A DNA stretch of 64,000 nt from Escherichia coli (GTDB lineage Bacteria; Pseudomonadota; Gammaproteobacteria; Enterobacterales; Enterobacteriaceae). Shown one piece after another: positions 31,074-39,802 of the stretch. Below the pieces are notes generated by a model. It had not been told where the DNA came from. It worked only from the letters and a program-made list of their open reading frames with translations, and made no database searches. The position numbers were made by a program, and so were the translations under genes. The stretch lies in assembly GCF_050920415.1 (NCBI RefSeq), contig NZ_CP169309.1; one strand, 5' to 3'. The stretch's first letter is position 1. Each line of letters begins with the position of its first letter.

Positions 31074-32558
31074 ATGTCAGTAAAGGAAGAAATTGCTCCC
31101 GTCAGCGCGTCTCAAACCGCCGCGCCCCCATCTCTGCTTGATGAAATCATGGCGCAAACCCGCGTCCAGCCTAAATCAGAAAGCTACGATATCACCCGCC
31201 AGGGCGTGAGCGCCTTTATTGCCGCCATGTTACAGGGCGACAGTAGCGCTGAACCTATCAATATCCTGGCCGTTGACGCCATGATTGCTGATATTGATGC
31301 CCGAACCAGCAGGCAGATGGATGCCATTATTCATGCCCCGGAGTTTCAGGAACTGGAATCCCTGCTGCGCTCGCTGAAGCTGCTGGTTGAACGCGCGGAT
31401 ACACGGGAAAACATCAAAGTCCATTTCCTGAATGTCACTCAGGAAGAACTGCTGGATGATTTCGAATTTGCACCTGAAATCACGCAGTCTGCGTATTACA
31501 AGCATGTATATTCAAGCGGTTACGGACAATTTGGCGGTGAGCCAGTGGCGGCGGTAATCGGCAACTTTGCCTTTAAGAACACCACGCCGAATATGAAGTT
31601 GCTGAAATATATCAGCCAGGTCAGTGCGATGGCGCACAGCCCGTTCCTCTCATCAGTATCATCCGAATTTTTCGGTCTGGACTCATGGACAGAGCTACCA
31701 GGGATCAAAGAACCAGGAGCCATCTTTGAAGGCCCGGCCTATTCCCGCTGGCGTGCCTTGCGTGAATCTGAAGATTCACGCTACCTGGGGCTGACTGCCC
31801 CCCGGTTCCTGCTGCGTCACCCTTACTCGCCAGATGAGAACCCAGCCAGGACCTTCCGTTACCATGAAGACGTCAGCCAGAGTCACGAGTCTTATTTGTG
31901 GGGGAACACCTCGTTTTTACTAGCTGCGAACCTGGCTGAAAGTTTTGCTAAATATCGCTGGTGTCCCAATATCATTGGCCCTTCCAGCGGCGGCGCAGTC
32001 AAAGACCTCCCGGTGCATCTGTATGAATCCATGGGGCAAATGCAGGCAAAAATTCCGACTGAAGTGTTGATCACTGACCGGAGAGAGTATGAGCTGGCGG
32101 AAGAAGGCTTTATCACACTGACCATGCGTAAAGGGTCTGATAATGCGTGCTTTTTCTCGGCCAACTCGGTGCAGAAACCCAAAAAATTCCCCAAAACCCC
32201 CGAAGGCAAGGCTGCGGAGACCAACTATAAACTCGGCACCCAGCTGCCATACTTGTTTGTTATCAGTAGGTTAGCGCATTACATCAAGGTAATTCAGCGC
32301 GAACAGCTTGGCTCATGGAAAGAACGCAGTGACCTGGAGCGTGAGCTGAACACCTGGATTCGCCAGTATGTTGCCGACCAGGAGAATCCGCCTGCCGAAG
32401 TCCGCAGCCACCGGCCATTGCGTCAGGCAAAGATCGAGGTACTGGATGTGGATGGTGAGCCAGGCTGGTACCAGGTCGCGATATCTGTCAGACCGCATTT
32501 TAAATACATGGGTGCCAGTTTCGACCTGAGCCTGGTCGGACGATTGGATAAGGAATAA
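31074..32558 (+). CDS. tssC: T6SS contractile sheath large subunit TssC (VipB)
   Basis: 494 aa, directly follows tssB. Confidence 0.9.
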   Translation: MSVKEEIAPVSASQTAAPPSLLDEIMAQTRVQPKSESYDITRQGVSAFIAAMLQGDSSAEPINILAVDAMIADIDARTSRQMDAIIHAPEFQELESLLRSLKLLVERADTRENIKVHFLNVTQEELLDDFEFAPEITQSAYYKHVYSSGYGQFGGEPVAAVIGNFAFKNTTPNMKLLKYISQVSAMAHSPFLSSVSSEFFGLDSWTELPGIKEPGAIFEGPAYSRWRALRESEDSRYLGLTAPRFLLRHPYSPDENPARTFRYHEDVSQSHESYLWGNTSFLLAANLAESFAKYRWCPNIIGPSSGGAVKDLPVHLYESMGQMQAKIPTEVLITDRREYELAEEGFITLTMRKGSDNACFFSANSVQKPKKFPKTPEGKAAETNYKLGTQLPYLFVISRLAHYIKVIQREQLGSWKERSDLERELNTWIRQYVADQENPPAEVRSHRPLRQAKIEVLDVDGEPGWYQVAISVRPHFKYMGASFDLSLVGRLDKE

Positions 32559-32562
32559 TCCG

Positions 32563-32988
32563 ATGCAAAGACGGGATTCAGGACCAACCGGCAGTCTTTT
32601 TGAACGTATCCGTGAGGCGGCAAACCCACCTTCATACCAGAATCCAAAAGAAGCACTGATACGTTCCATCAGATGTAACCTGCGACAGGTCCTGAATACC
32701 CGCGCCGGCAGCTGTTATGGCTCACCAGAGCTGGGGATCGGCGATCTGGATAATGTGGCCTCCATCTCCATGAATCTCAGGGATTCAACTGCGCAGAAAA
32801 TCAGGCACTGCATTCTGCGTTATGAACCCCGTATCACTGAAGTCACTGTTATCGTCGTCGCACAGGATGAAAATGCACCGTTAGAGTTGCGTTTTCGGAT
32901 TGTGGCTTGTGTTGATTTCAGCGAGGCCAGAGATGTACTTGAGTTTGACATCGTGCTGGACAGCCACCAGCAATACCGAGTGGAGTAA
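32563..32988 (+). CDS. tssE: T6SS baseplate protein TssE (gp25-like)
   Basis: 141 aa, GPW/gp25-like. Confidence 0.85.
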   Translation: MQRRDSGPTGSLFERIREAANPPSYQNPKEALIRSIRCNLRQVLNTRAGSCYGSPELGIGDLDNVASISMNLRDSTAQKIRHCILRYEPRITEVTVIVVAQDENAPLELRFRIVACVDFSEARDVLEFDIVLDSHQQYRVE

Positions 32989-32993
32989 ACGTC

Positions 32994-34835
32994 ATGCCCT
33001 TTGAGGAACGGTATTACCGCGAAGAGCTGGATTATCTGCGCCAGCTCGGCAAGCTGTTGTCCCAGGAAAAACCGCATCTGGCCCATTTTCTGGCCGAGAA
33101 AGAGGGCGATCCGGATGTGGAACGCCTGCTGGAAGCCTTTGCTTTTATGTCCGGCAGCCTGCGCCAGAAACTTGAAGATGAATTTCCAGAATTCACCCAT
33201 GGGTTGATCCGTATGCTGTGGGCCAACTATTTACGCCCAGTTCCGGCCATGACGGTTATTGCTTATGAACCCAAAGCCAGTCAGTTAAAAGTTCCTGTTC
33301 AGGTCTGTCGTAATGAGCTGATAAGTTCAGATACAACCCGTACAACCGTTTCGGGTCGAAAACCCCTGCCAGACGACAAAGATAAATCAGAGTTACTCCC
33401 AGCCTGCCATTTCACGCTAGCAAGGGATATCTGGCTGCAACCGCTGCGCATTCTCGATACCCGCAACTCCAGCAGCCTGAAAGAAGGCGTCATCGATATC
33501 AGTTTCACCGCAGATAACAAAGTCTCCCCCGCCATGCTTGACCTGAACAAAATCACATTCTGGTTGGGTAATGAAGACGATTATACCCGACACCAGCTTT
33601 ATCTGTGGTTTTGCGAATGCCTGATGGATGCGGAGCTGATTGCCGGAGAGCGCCACCTGCCGCTGCCGGATCTGTGGCTGGAAGCTGCGGGTTTTGACAA
33701 CCAGGATGCCCTGCTGCCGTGGCCGAAAAATGTCCACAGCGGCTACCGGGTACTCCAGGAGTATTTCTGCTATCCCGAAGCCTTCTTCTTTTTTCATCTG
33801 CGCGATGTTGCGCCGCTACCGGACGATTTCCCGGTGAGTGCGTTTACGCTGCGCCTGCACTTTAACCGCCCGTTACCTGCTGACATTAAACTACGCCAGG
33901 ATTCACTGCGTCTGCATTGTACGCCAGCCATTAACTTGTTTACGCATTACGCGGAACCCGTCAGGCCGGATGGTCGGATGGCGGAATACCCACTGCGCGC
34001 CAGCCATCGACACCCGGATGCTTATGACATTTTTCAGATAAGCACCGTCACCAGTAAAGCCAAAGTTTCAGGTACTGAATCCAGCCCTGGTAGCCAGGCG
34101 CGTGTCTGGCCCGAATTTGAAAGCTTCCAGCACCAGATGGAGTACAGCCGCCAGCGGGAAGTCGTCTACTGGCACCACCGGACTAAAACATCCCTGTTTC
34201 ACCGCGGGCTTGAACATTCCATCGCCTTTGTCCATGCTGACGGCAGCATACCGGACCGTTCACTGTTTAACGATGATGTGATCACCACGTCATTACTCTG
34301 TACCAACCGGATGCTTCCGGCCCGGCTGCATACTGGCGATATCTGCGTGGCCGTCAACAAAAATCCGGCAGTGGCCTCATTTCGTAATGTCACGCGCCCG
34401 ACACAGCCGCTCTGGCCAGTAACGGACGGCGACATGCACTGGTCGCTGATTTCCGCGATGAACCTGAACTACCTCTCGCTGCTGGACAGGGAGACACTGA
34501 TCCAGATCCTGCGGACCTTCGACCTGCCAGGCGCTCACCATCCGCAACGGGCCAGACTGTCACGCCAGAAACTGGATGCCATAGAAAAACTCGAAACCAA
34601 ACCTGTTGACAGGTTGTTTAAAGGCGTACCGGTTCGCGGGCTGGCGACCACGCTGTGGATACGTCCCGATCCGTTTATCTGCGAAGGTGAAATTTATCTT
34701 CTGGGTACCGTGCTCTCGCACTTTTTTGCCCTCTACGCCAGCATCAATTCGTATCACTGTCTGAAAATCATTAACACGGAAAGTCAGGAGTCCTGGGAAT
34801 GGCAGGAGAAAATGGGCCAGCACGCCCTGATATAG
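32994..34835 (+). CDS. tssF: T6SS baseplate protein TssF
   Basis: 613 aa in conserved position. Confidence 0.85.
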   Translation: MPFEERYYREELDYLRQLGKLLSQEKPHLAHFLAEKEGDPDVERLLEAFAFMSGSLRQKLEDEFPEFTHGLIRMLWANYLRPVPAMTVIAYEPKASQLKVPVQVCRNELISSDTTRTTVSGRKPLPDDKDKSELLPACHFTLARDIWLQPLRILDTRNSSSLKEGVIDISFTADNKVSPAMLDLNKITFWLGNEDDYTRHQLYLWFCECLMDAELIAGERHLPLPDLWLEAAGFDNQDALLPWPKNVHSGYRVLQEYFCYPEAFFFFHLRDVAPLPDDFPVSAFTLRLHFNRPLPADIKLRQDSLRLHCTPAINLFTHYAEPVRPDGRMAEYPLRASHRHPDAYDIFQISTVTSKAKVSGTESSPGSQARVWPEFESFQHQMEYSRQREVVYWHHRTKTSLFHRGLEHSIAFVHADGSIPDRSLFNDDVITTSLLCTNRMLPARLHTGDICVAVNKNPAVASFRNVTRPTQPLWPVTDGDMHWSLISAMNLNYLSLLDRETLIQILRTFDLPGAHHPQRARLSRQKLDAIEKLETKPVDRLFKGVPVRGLATTLWIRPDPFICEGEIYLLGTVLSHFFALYASINSYHCLKIINTESQESWEWQEKMGQHALI

Positions 34836-35848
34836 CGGCAAAACCGCCGTTACCGGCGGATGTGCGCAACTGCAATTTCTATGTGCTAATGGAGGCGCTG
34901 TACCGTCGGTATGGCACGCCGGGCCAGGACATTTCCCTGCGTACCGAGCCTGCCCGGGAGATCGTGCGTTTCAGCTCTGACGCCAGTATCGGTTTTCCGG
35001 GTACGGACCTGAGTGCGCTTTCCCGTAGCCAGAACGGACAGTATGTACTGCAAACCCGGTTCCTGGGTTTTTCCGGCAGCCAGTCGCCGCTACCAGGCTA
35101 TTATCTGGATCAGATGGCGCAGGAGTCCGCACAGAACGAAGACGGCCTGAAAGAATTTCTCGATCTATTCAGCCACCGCTGGACACAGTTTGCCTATCAT
35201 GCCTGGCGCAAATACCGCTACTACATCTGCTTTCGTAACGGCGGTACTGACACCTTTTCACAGCGCATGTACGCACTGGTCGGGCTGGGTAATCAGAGCG
35301 TGCGTGACAGGCTTGCCATTAACCACAGCAAAATGCTGGCCTACGCCGGAATTCTGGCAACACCAGGCCGCGCGCCGGAGGTTATCTGTAATCTGGTGTC
35401 GCACTGTTTTGATTTGCCGGATGTCACCATTGAACGCTGGCAACTGCGTAAAGTCGCCATTGATCCGGCACACCAGAACCGGCTGGGTGTACGTAATCCG
35501 AAAGGAAAAACGGCTGGACATATTCCGGGACGCTCCATACTCGGCGTTAATTTTACCCTCGGCGCACGGGTGCCGGATCGCAGCGGAAAATTCCTGTTGC
35601 AGATTGGCGGCCTGTCGCAGGAGCGTTATCTCTCATTTTTACCCGATGGCGAAAATCACCTGCCGCTGACCATGTTCCTTTCTTTTATTCTGCGCGACCA
35701 GTTTGCCTGGGATTTACGGCTGTGCCTGGCACCACAGCAGGCTAAAGGGATGCGCCTTGGCGATTCGGCCAGCTCCCGCCTCGGCAGAACCAGCTTTATT
35801 GGTCAGCCGAAAGTACCGCCCGCCATCACAATCCGAATCAGGGAATAA
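34799..35848 (+). CDS. tssG: T6SS baseplate protein TssG
   Basis: 349 aa, overlaps tssF end. Confidence 0.8.
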   Translation: MAGENGPARPDIAAKPPLPADVRNCNFYVLMEALYRRYGTPGQDISLRTEPAREIVRFSSDASIGFPGTDLSALSRSQNGQYVLQTRFLGFSGSQSPLPGYYLDQMAQESAQNEDGLKEFLDLFSHRWTQFAYHAWRKYRYYICFRNGGTDTFSQRMYALVGLGNQSVRDRLAINHSKMLAYAGILATPGRAPEVICNLVSHCFDLPDVTIERWQLRKVAIDPAHQNRLGVRNPKGKTAGHIPGRSILGVNFTLGARVPDRSGKFLLQIGGLSQERYLSFLPDGENHLPLTMFLSFILRDQFAWDLRLCLAPQQAKGMRLGDSASSRLGRTSFIGQPKVPPAITIRIRE

Positions 35849-35852
35849 TTCT

Positions 35853-37145
35853 ATGGAACCACATATGGCTGAGGAAAAACAGCAATCCCGCCAGGCCTCA
35901 CTGACTTTACAGGTGATGAATGGCAACGAACTGGAAAGCGGACGTGCCGCAAAATGCCTGTTCAGCGAAAACGGCGGTGATATTGGCCATACGCCGGAAT
36001 GTCACTGGCAGGTACAGGACCGGGCGGGAAGCATTGCTGCGCGTGCCTGTACCGTTATCCGGCACGACGGAGCCTATTGCCTGCGGTGCCTGACGCCGGG
36101 ACTGATGATTAATCTGGCCCCGGTCTCTTCCGATGCGCTCATCCGCCTGCGCCAGGGGGATGAGATCCAGCTCGGCGCACTGGCGCTGAAAGTGTTTCTG
36201 CATGACGGTGCAGCTGTTACTTATGACGAGCGGATGGCGACCCCGGAAACGATTGTAATGAACCGCGACAGTCTGGCGGACACCCTGTTGACCACCGAGG
36301 GACAACCGGCGTATCCGGGAATGCCGTTCCAGCATCAGCTTGCCCCCACGGTGGCGCACGGTTTTTCCAGCGATCCGCTCCAGGCACTCCAGACGGAAAG
36401 CCTGATGGTGGCAGATGATCCGATCGCCCCACGCGTTTCCCGGCCCGTTGCCCCCGCCTCCGATCTGACAGGTGCAAACGGGATCAACACGCCGTTTATG
36501 GATCTGCCGCCCGGCAATGCCCGTCATGAGGACGGCGATGAATTTTCTGCCATGGCGCAGTACCACCTGGCCGTAACCCCGCTGCTGCGCGGTATGGAGT
36601 GTCCGCTGACGCTGCACAATTCTCAGGATGCGGATGAGTTTCTCGAAGAGGCCGGACGGGCGTTGCAGGCCGCCATTAAGGGATTGCTGAGTCTGCAACA
36701 ACAACAGAACAGCCTGTCGGATAAACACCTGCGTCCACTGGAAGACAACCCGTTGCGCCTTGATATGGACTATGCCACCGCGCTGAACGTCATGTTCGCC
36801 GAGGGTAAAAGCCCGGTACATCTCGCCGCACCTGCGGCCATCGCCGAAAGCCTGCGCAACATCCGGCATCATGAAGAGGCCAACCGGGCGGCGATTGTGG
36901 AAGCGTTGCGTGTCATGCTGGACGCCTTCTCGCCGGGCAACCTGATGCGCCGCTTTGCGCAATACCGCCGCAGCCATGAGCTGCGCCAGAAAATGGACAA
37001 CGCCTGGGCATGGCAGATGTACAGCAACTATTACGATGAACTGGCCTCCAGCCGACAGCAGGGATTTGAAATGCTGTTCAATGAAGTTTATGCCCAGGTC
37101 TATGACCGGGTGCTGCGCGAAAAACAGCGGGAGCCGGAAGCATGA
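35853..37145 (+). CDS. tagH: FHA-domain T6SS protein TagH (Fha-like)
   Basis: ATG 35853; N-terminal FHA-like region, proline/alanine-rich middle. Confidence 0.75.
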   Translation: MEPHMAEEKQQSRQASLTLQVMNGNELESGRAAKCLFSENGGDIGHTPECHWQVQDRAGSIAARACTVIRHDGAYCLRCLTPGLMINLAPVSSDALIRLRQGDEIQLGALALKVFLHDGAAVTYDERMATPETIVMNRDSLADTLLTTEGQPAYPGMPFQHQLAPTVAHGFSSDPLQALQTESLMVADDPIAPRVSRPVAPASDLTGANGINTPFMDLPPGNARHEDGDEFSAMAQYHLAVTPLLRGMECPLTLHNSQDADEFLEEAGRALQAAIKGLLSLQQQQNSLSDKHLRPLEDNPLRLDMDYATALNVMFAEGKSPVHLAAPAAIAESLRNIRHHEEANRAAIVEALRVMLDAFSPGNLMRRFAQYRRSHELRQKMDNAWAWQMYSNYYDELASSRQQGFEMLFNEVYAQVYDRVLREKQREPEA

Positions 37146-37666
37146 ACGGCAAAGCGTTTCTGGCCTGCGTTCTGATGAGCGTTGTGTTAACTGGCTGTGA
37201 AACAGCGAAAAAAATCAGCCAGGTGATCCGCAATCCGGATATTCAGGTCGGAAAGCTGATGGATCAGTCAACCGAGCTGACCGTCACGCTGCTGACCGAG
37301 CCGGACAGCAACCTGACGGCAGACGGTGAAGCCGCGCCGGTGGATGTGCAACTGGTTTATCTGAGTGATGACTCTAAATTCCAGGCCGCCGACTACGACC
37401 AGGTTGCCACCACCGCACTGCCCGACGTGCTGGGAAAAAACTATATCGATCATCAGGACTTCAACCTGTTGCCGGACACCGTAAAAACACTGCCGCCGAT
37501 CAAGCTGGATGAGAAAACCGGTTATATCGGTGTCATTGCCTATTTTTCAGACGACCAGGCCACAGAATGGAAACAAATTGAGCCGGTAGAAAGTATCGGC
37601 CACCACTATCGCCTGCTCGTGCATATCCGCGCCAGTGCGATTGAGATGAAAAAAGAGGAAAACTGA
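37142..37666 (+). CDS. tssJ: T6SS outer-membrane lipoprotein TssJ
   Basis: Lipobox VLTGC, 174 aa. Confidence 0.85.
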   Translation: MNGKAFLACVLMSVVLTGCETAKKISQVIRNPDIQVGKLMDQSTELTVTLLTEPDSNLTADGEAAPVDVQLVYLSDDSKFQAADYDQVATTALPDVLGKNYIDHQDFNLLPDTVKTLPPIKLDEKTGYIGVIAYFSDDQATEWKQIEPVESIGHHYRLLVHIRASAIEMKKEEN

Positions 37667-37668
37667 CG

Positions 37669-39015
37669 ATGGCAACAATGAAAAACAAGGTGATCTGGCA
37701 GGAAGGGCTGTTTGCCCTGCCGCAGCATTTTCAGCAACAGCAGCGTCACTGCGAGTACCTGCTGACCCGTCGTCTGGATGCTCAGGGTGATTTTTTCTGG
37801 GGCTTTACGGAACTCTCCATCAATACCGAACTGCTTGCCCAGGGCAAAATCATGATTGACCGTGCGGCGGGCTGTATGCCTGACGGCACCGTATTCAGCA
37901 TTCCCGACCAGGATCTGCTGCCGGAACCTTTCCAGCCGGGAACCCTTTCATCGAAAGAGAGCCACAATATTTATCTGGCGCTGCCTGTAATCAGCGACGT
38001 GATCAATGAAATCCAGGGGTTGCACAGCGCCGGTCAGGGTACGGAGCGTTACCGCCTCACCCATACCCGCGTCCGTGATTTTCACACTGACGAAGGCGAC
38101 GAACAGCCGGTCGGTCTGGGGCAGTTGATCCCCAGGATAGTCAGCGGCGCAGATGATCTCAGCGCGATGGTGACCCTCCCCCTGTGCCGTATCCTCAATA
38201 AAAATGCTACCGGCGCACTGGTGCTGGACAACACCTTTATTCCCACCATTCAGGCCGTCCGTGTCAGCGGGTTGCTCGGGGCATTCTCCGGCGAGGTGCA
38301 GGGGCTACTTGCCACCCGCGCCGCCGACCTGGCCGGGCGCATCGGTTCGCCTGAACAGAGCGGGATCGCCGATGTGGCCGAATTTATGATGTTGCAGATG
38401 CTTAACCGCCATCAAATGCAGTTCACGCATCGTTCCCAACTGCACACGCTGCATCCGGAAGCCTTCTACCGGGATCTGGTGGGGCTGCTGGGAGAACTGA
38501 TGACCTTCACCGAAGGTAATCGCCTGCCCTGCACCGTGGAGCCGTATAATCACCGGGATCTTACCGCGACCTTCACCAGAACAGTAATTCCGGAACTGCG
38601 GCGCGCACTCAATACCGTGCTGGTACCGCGTGCGCAGAATCTGCCGCTGTTCTTTTCAGAGGGGACCTGGATCGCCACCATCAGCGATCCCACACTGTTG
38701 CAGTCCTGCAAGCTGGTACTGGCAGTGCGCGCCAGGATGCCCTACGACCAGGTGCAGCGCCAGTTCATCCAGCAGTCGAAAGTGGCCGCTACCGACAAAA
38801 TCCGCAGCGTGGTCAGCGTGCAGGTGCCGGGTATTCCGCTGCACACGCTTACCGCTGCGCCGCGTCAGTTGCCCTGGCATGAAGGTTATGTTTACTTCGA
38901 ACTGGAAAAAGGCACCCCAGCCTGGCAGGACGTGATAAAAGCGGGCGCGCTGGCGCTGCATATCTCCGGCACCTTCCCCGATCTGAACCTTCAGCTCTGG
39001 GCGATAAGGGGATAA
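37669..39015 (+). CDS. tssK: T6SS baseplate protein TssK
   Basis: 448 aa, N-terminus ...VIWQEGLFALPQHFQQQ... Confidence 0.85.
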   Translation: MATMKNKVIWQEGLFALPQHFQQQQRHCEYLLTRRLDAQGDFFWGFTELSINTELLAQGKIMIDRAAGCMPDGTVFSIPDQDLLPEPFQPGTLSSKESHNIYLALPVISDVINEIQGLHSAGQGTERYRLTHTRVRDFHTDEGDEQPVGLGQLIPRIVSGADDLSAMVTLPLCRILNKNATGALVLDNTFIPTIQAVRVSGLLGAFSGEVQGLLATRAADLAGRIGSPEQSGIADVAEFMMLQMLNRHQMQFTHRSQLHTLHPEAFYRDLVGLLGELMTFTEGNRLPCTVEPYNHRDLTATFTRTVIPELRRALNTVLVPRAQNLPLFFSEGTWIATISDPTLLQSCKLVLAVRARMPYDQVQRQFIQQSKVAATDKIRSVVSVQVPGIPLHTLTAAPRQLPWHEGYVYFELEKGTPAWQDVIKAGALALHISGTFPDLNLQLWAIRG

Positions 39016-39019
39016 GTGA

Positions 39020-39793
39020 ATGAGCGATATCAGCGATATGGGTGAACCGTCGGTTTTTCCCATGGAGCCGGAGAGCGGAACATCAGGACGTCAGTACCGT
39101 CTCGCCCTTCGCGGCAACAGCCTGAACCCAATGATTGACGCCGCCACGCCGTTGCTCGGCATGGTGATGCGTCTGTCCACCATGAACAGCCAGGCCATGC
39201 CGGAACACCTGTTTGCCCAGGTGGTAACCGATGTCCAGGCTGTGGAGCAACTACTCCAGGAGCAGGGTTACGAGCCGGGCGTCATTGTTTCGTTCCGCTA
39301 CATTCTCTGCACATTTATAGACGAAGCGGCGCTAGGCAACGGCTGGTCCAACAAAAACGAATGGATTAAACAGTCACTGCTGGTTCATTTCCATAACGAA
39401 GCCTGGGGCGGTGAGAAAGTGTTTATCCTGCTCGAACGCCTGATCCGCGAGCCGGTACGTTACCAGGATCTGCTGGAGTTTTTATACATCTGTTTTTCGC
39501 TCGGCTTTCGCGGGCGCTACAAGGTTGCCATTCAGCAACAGGATGAATTTGAGCGGATCTACCAGCGCCTGCACCATGCCCTGCACAAACTGCGCGGTGA
39601 CGCGCCATTTTCGCTGCTTCACCAGAAGAACAACATACAGGGCGGGCGTTATCAGTTAATCCGGCGGCTGACCATCAGGCATGTAATGTGCGGCGGTCTT
39701 GTTGTGCTGGCCGTATTTTATCTGTTTTATCTGCTGCGTCTGGACAGCCAGACACAGGATATTCTGCATCAGCTCAATAAATTACTCCGATAA
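39020..39793 (+). CDS. tssL: T6SS membrane protein TssL (DotU-like)
   Basis: 257 aa with C-terminal TM helix. Confidence 0.85.
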   Translation: MSDISDMGEPSVFPMEPESGTSGRQYRLALRGNSLNPMIDAATPLLGMVMRLSTMNSQAMPEHLFAQVVTDVQAVEQLLQEQGYEPGVIVSFRYILCTFIDEAALGNGWSNKNEWIKQSLLVHFHNEAWGGEKVFILLERLIREPVRYQDLLEFLYICFSLGFRGRYKVAIQQQDEFERIYQRLHHALHKLRGDAPFSLLHQKNNIQGGRYQLIRRLTIRHVMCGGLVVLAVFYLFYLLRLDSQTQDILHQLNKLLR

Positions 39794-39802
39794 GGACATC
39801 TT

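Noticed and set aside
35907-36977. 356-aa minus-strand ORF overlapping tagH
   Set aside because: Antisense to the FHA-domain gene within a co-directional operon; no start context; Arg/Gln-rich composition.
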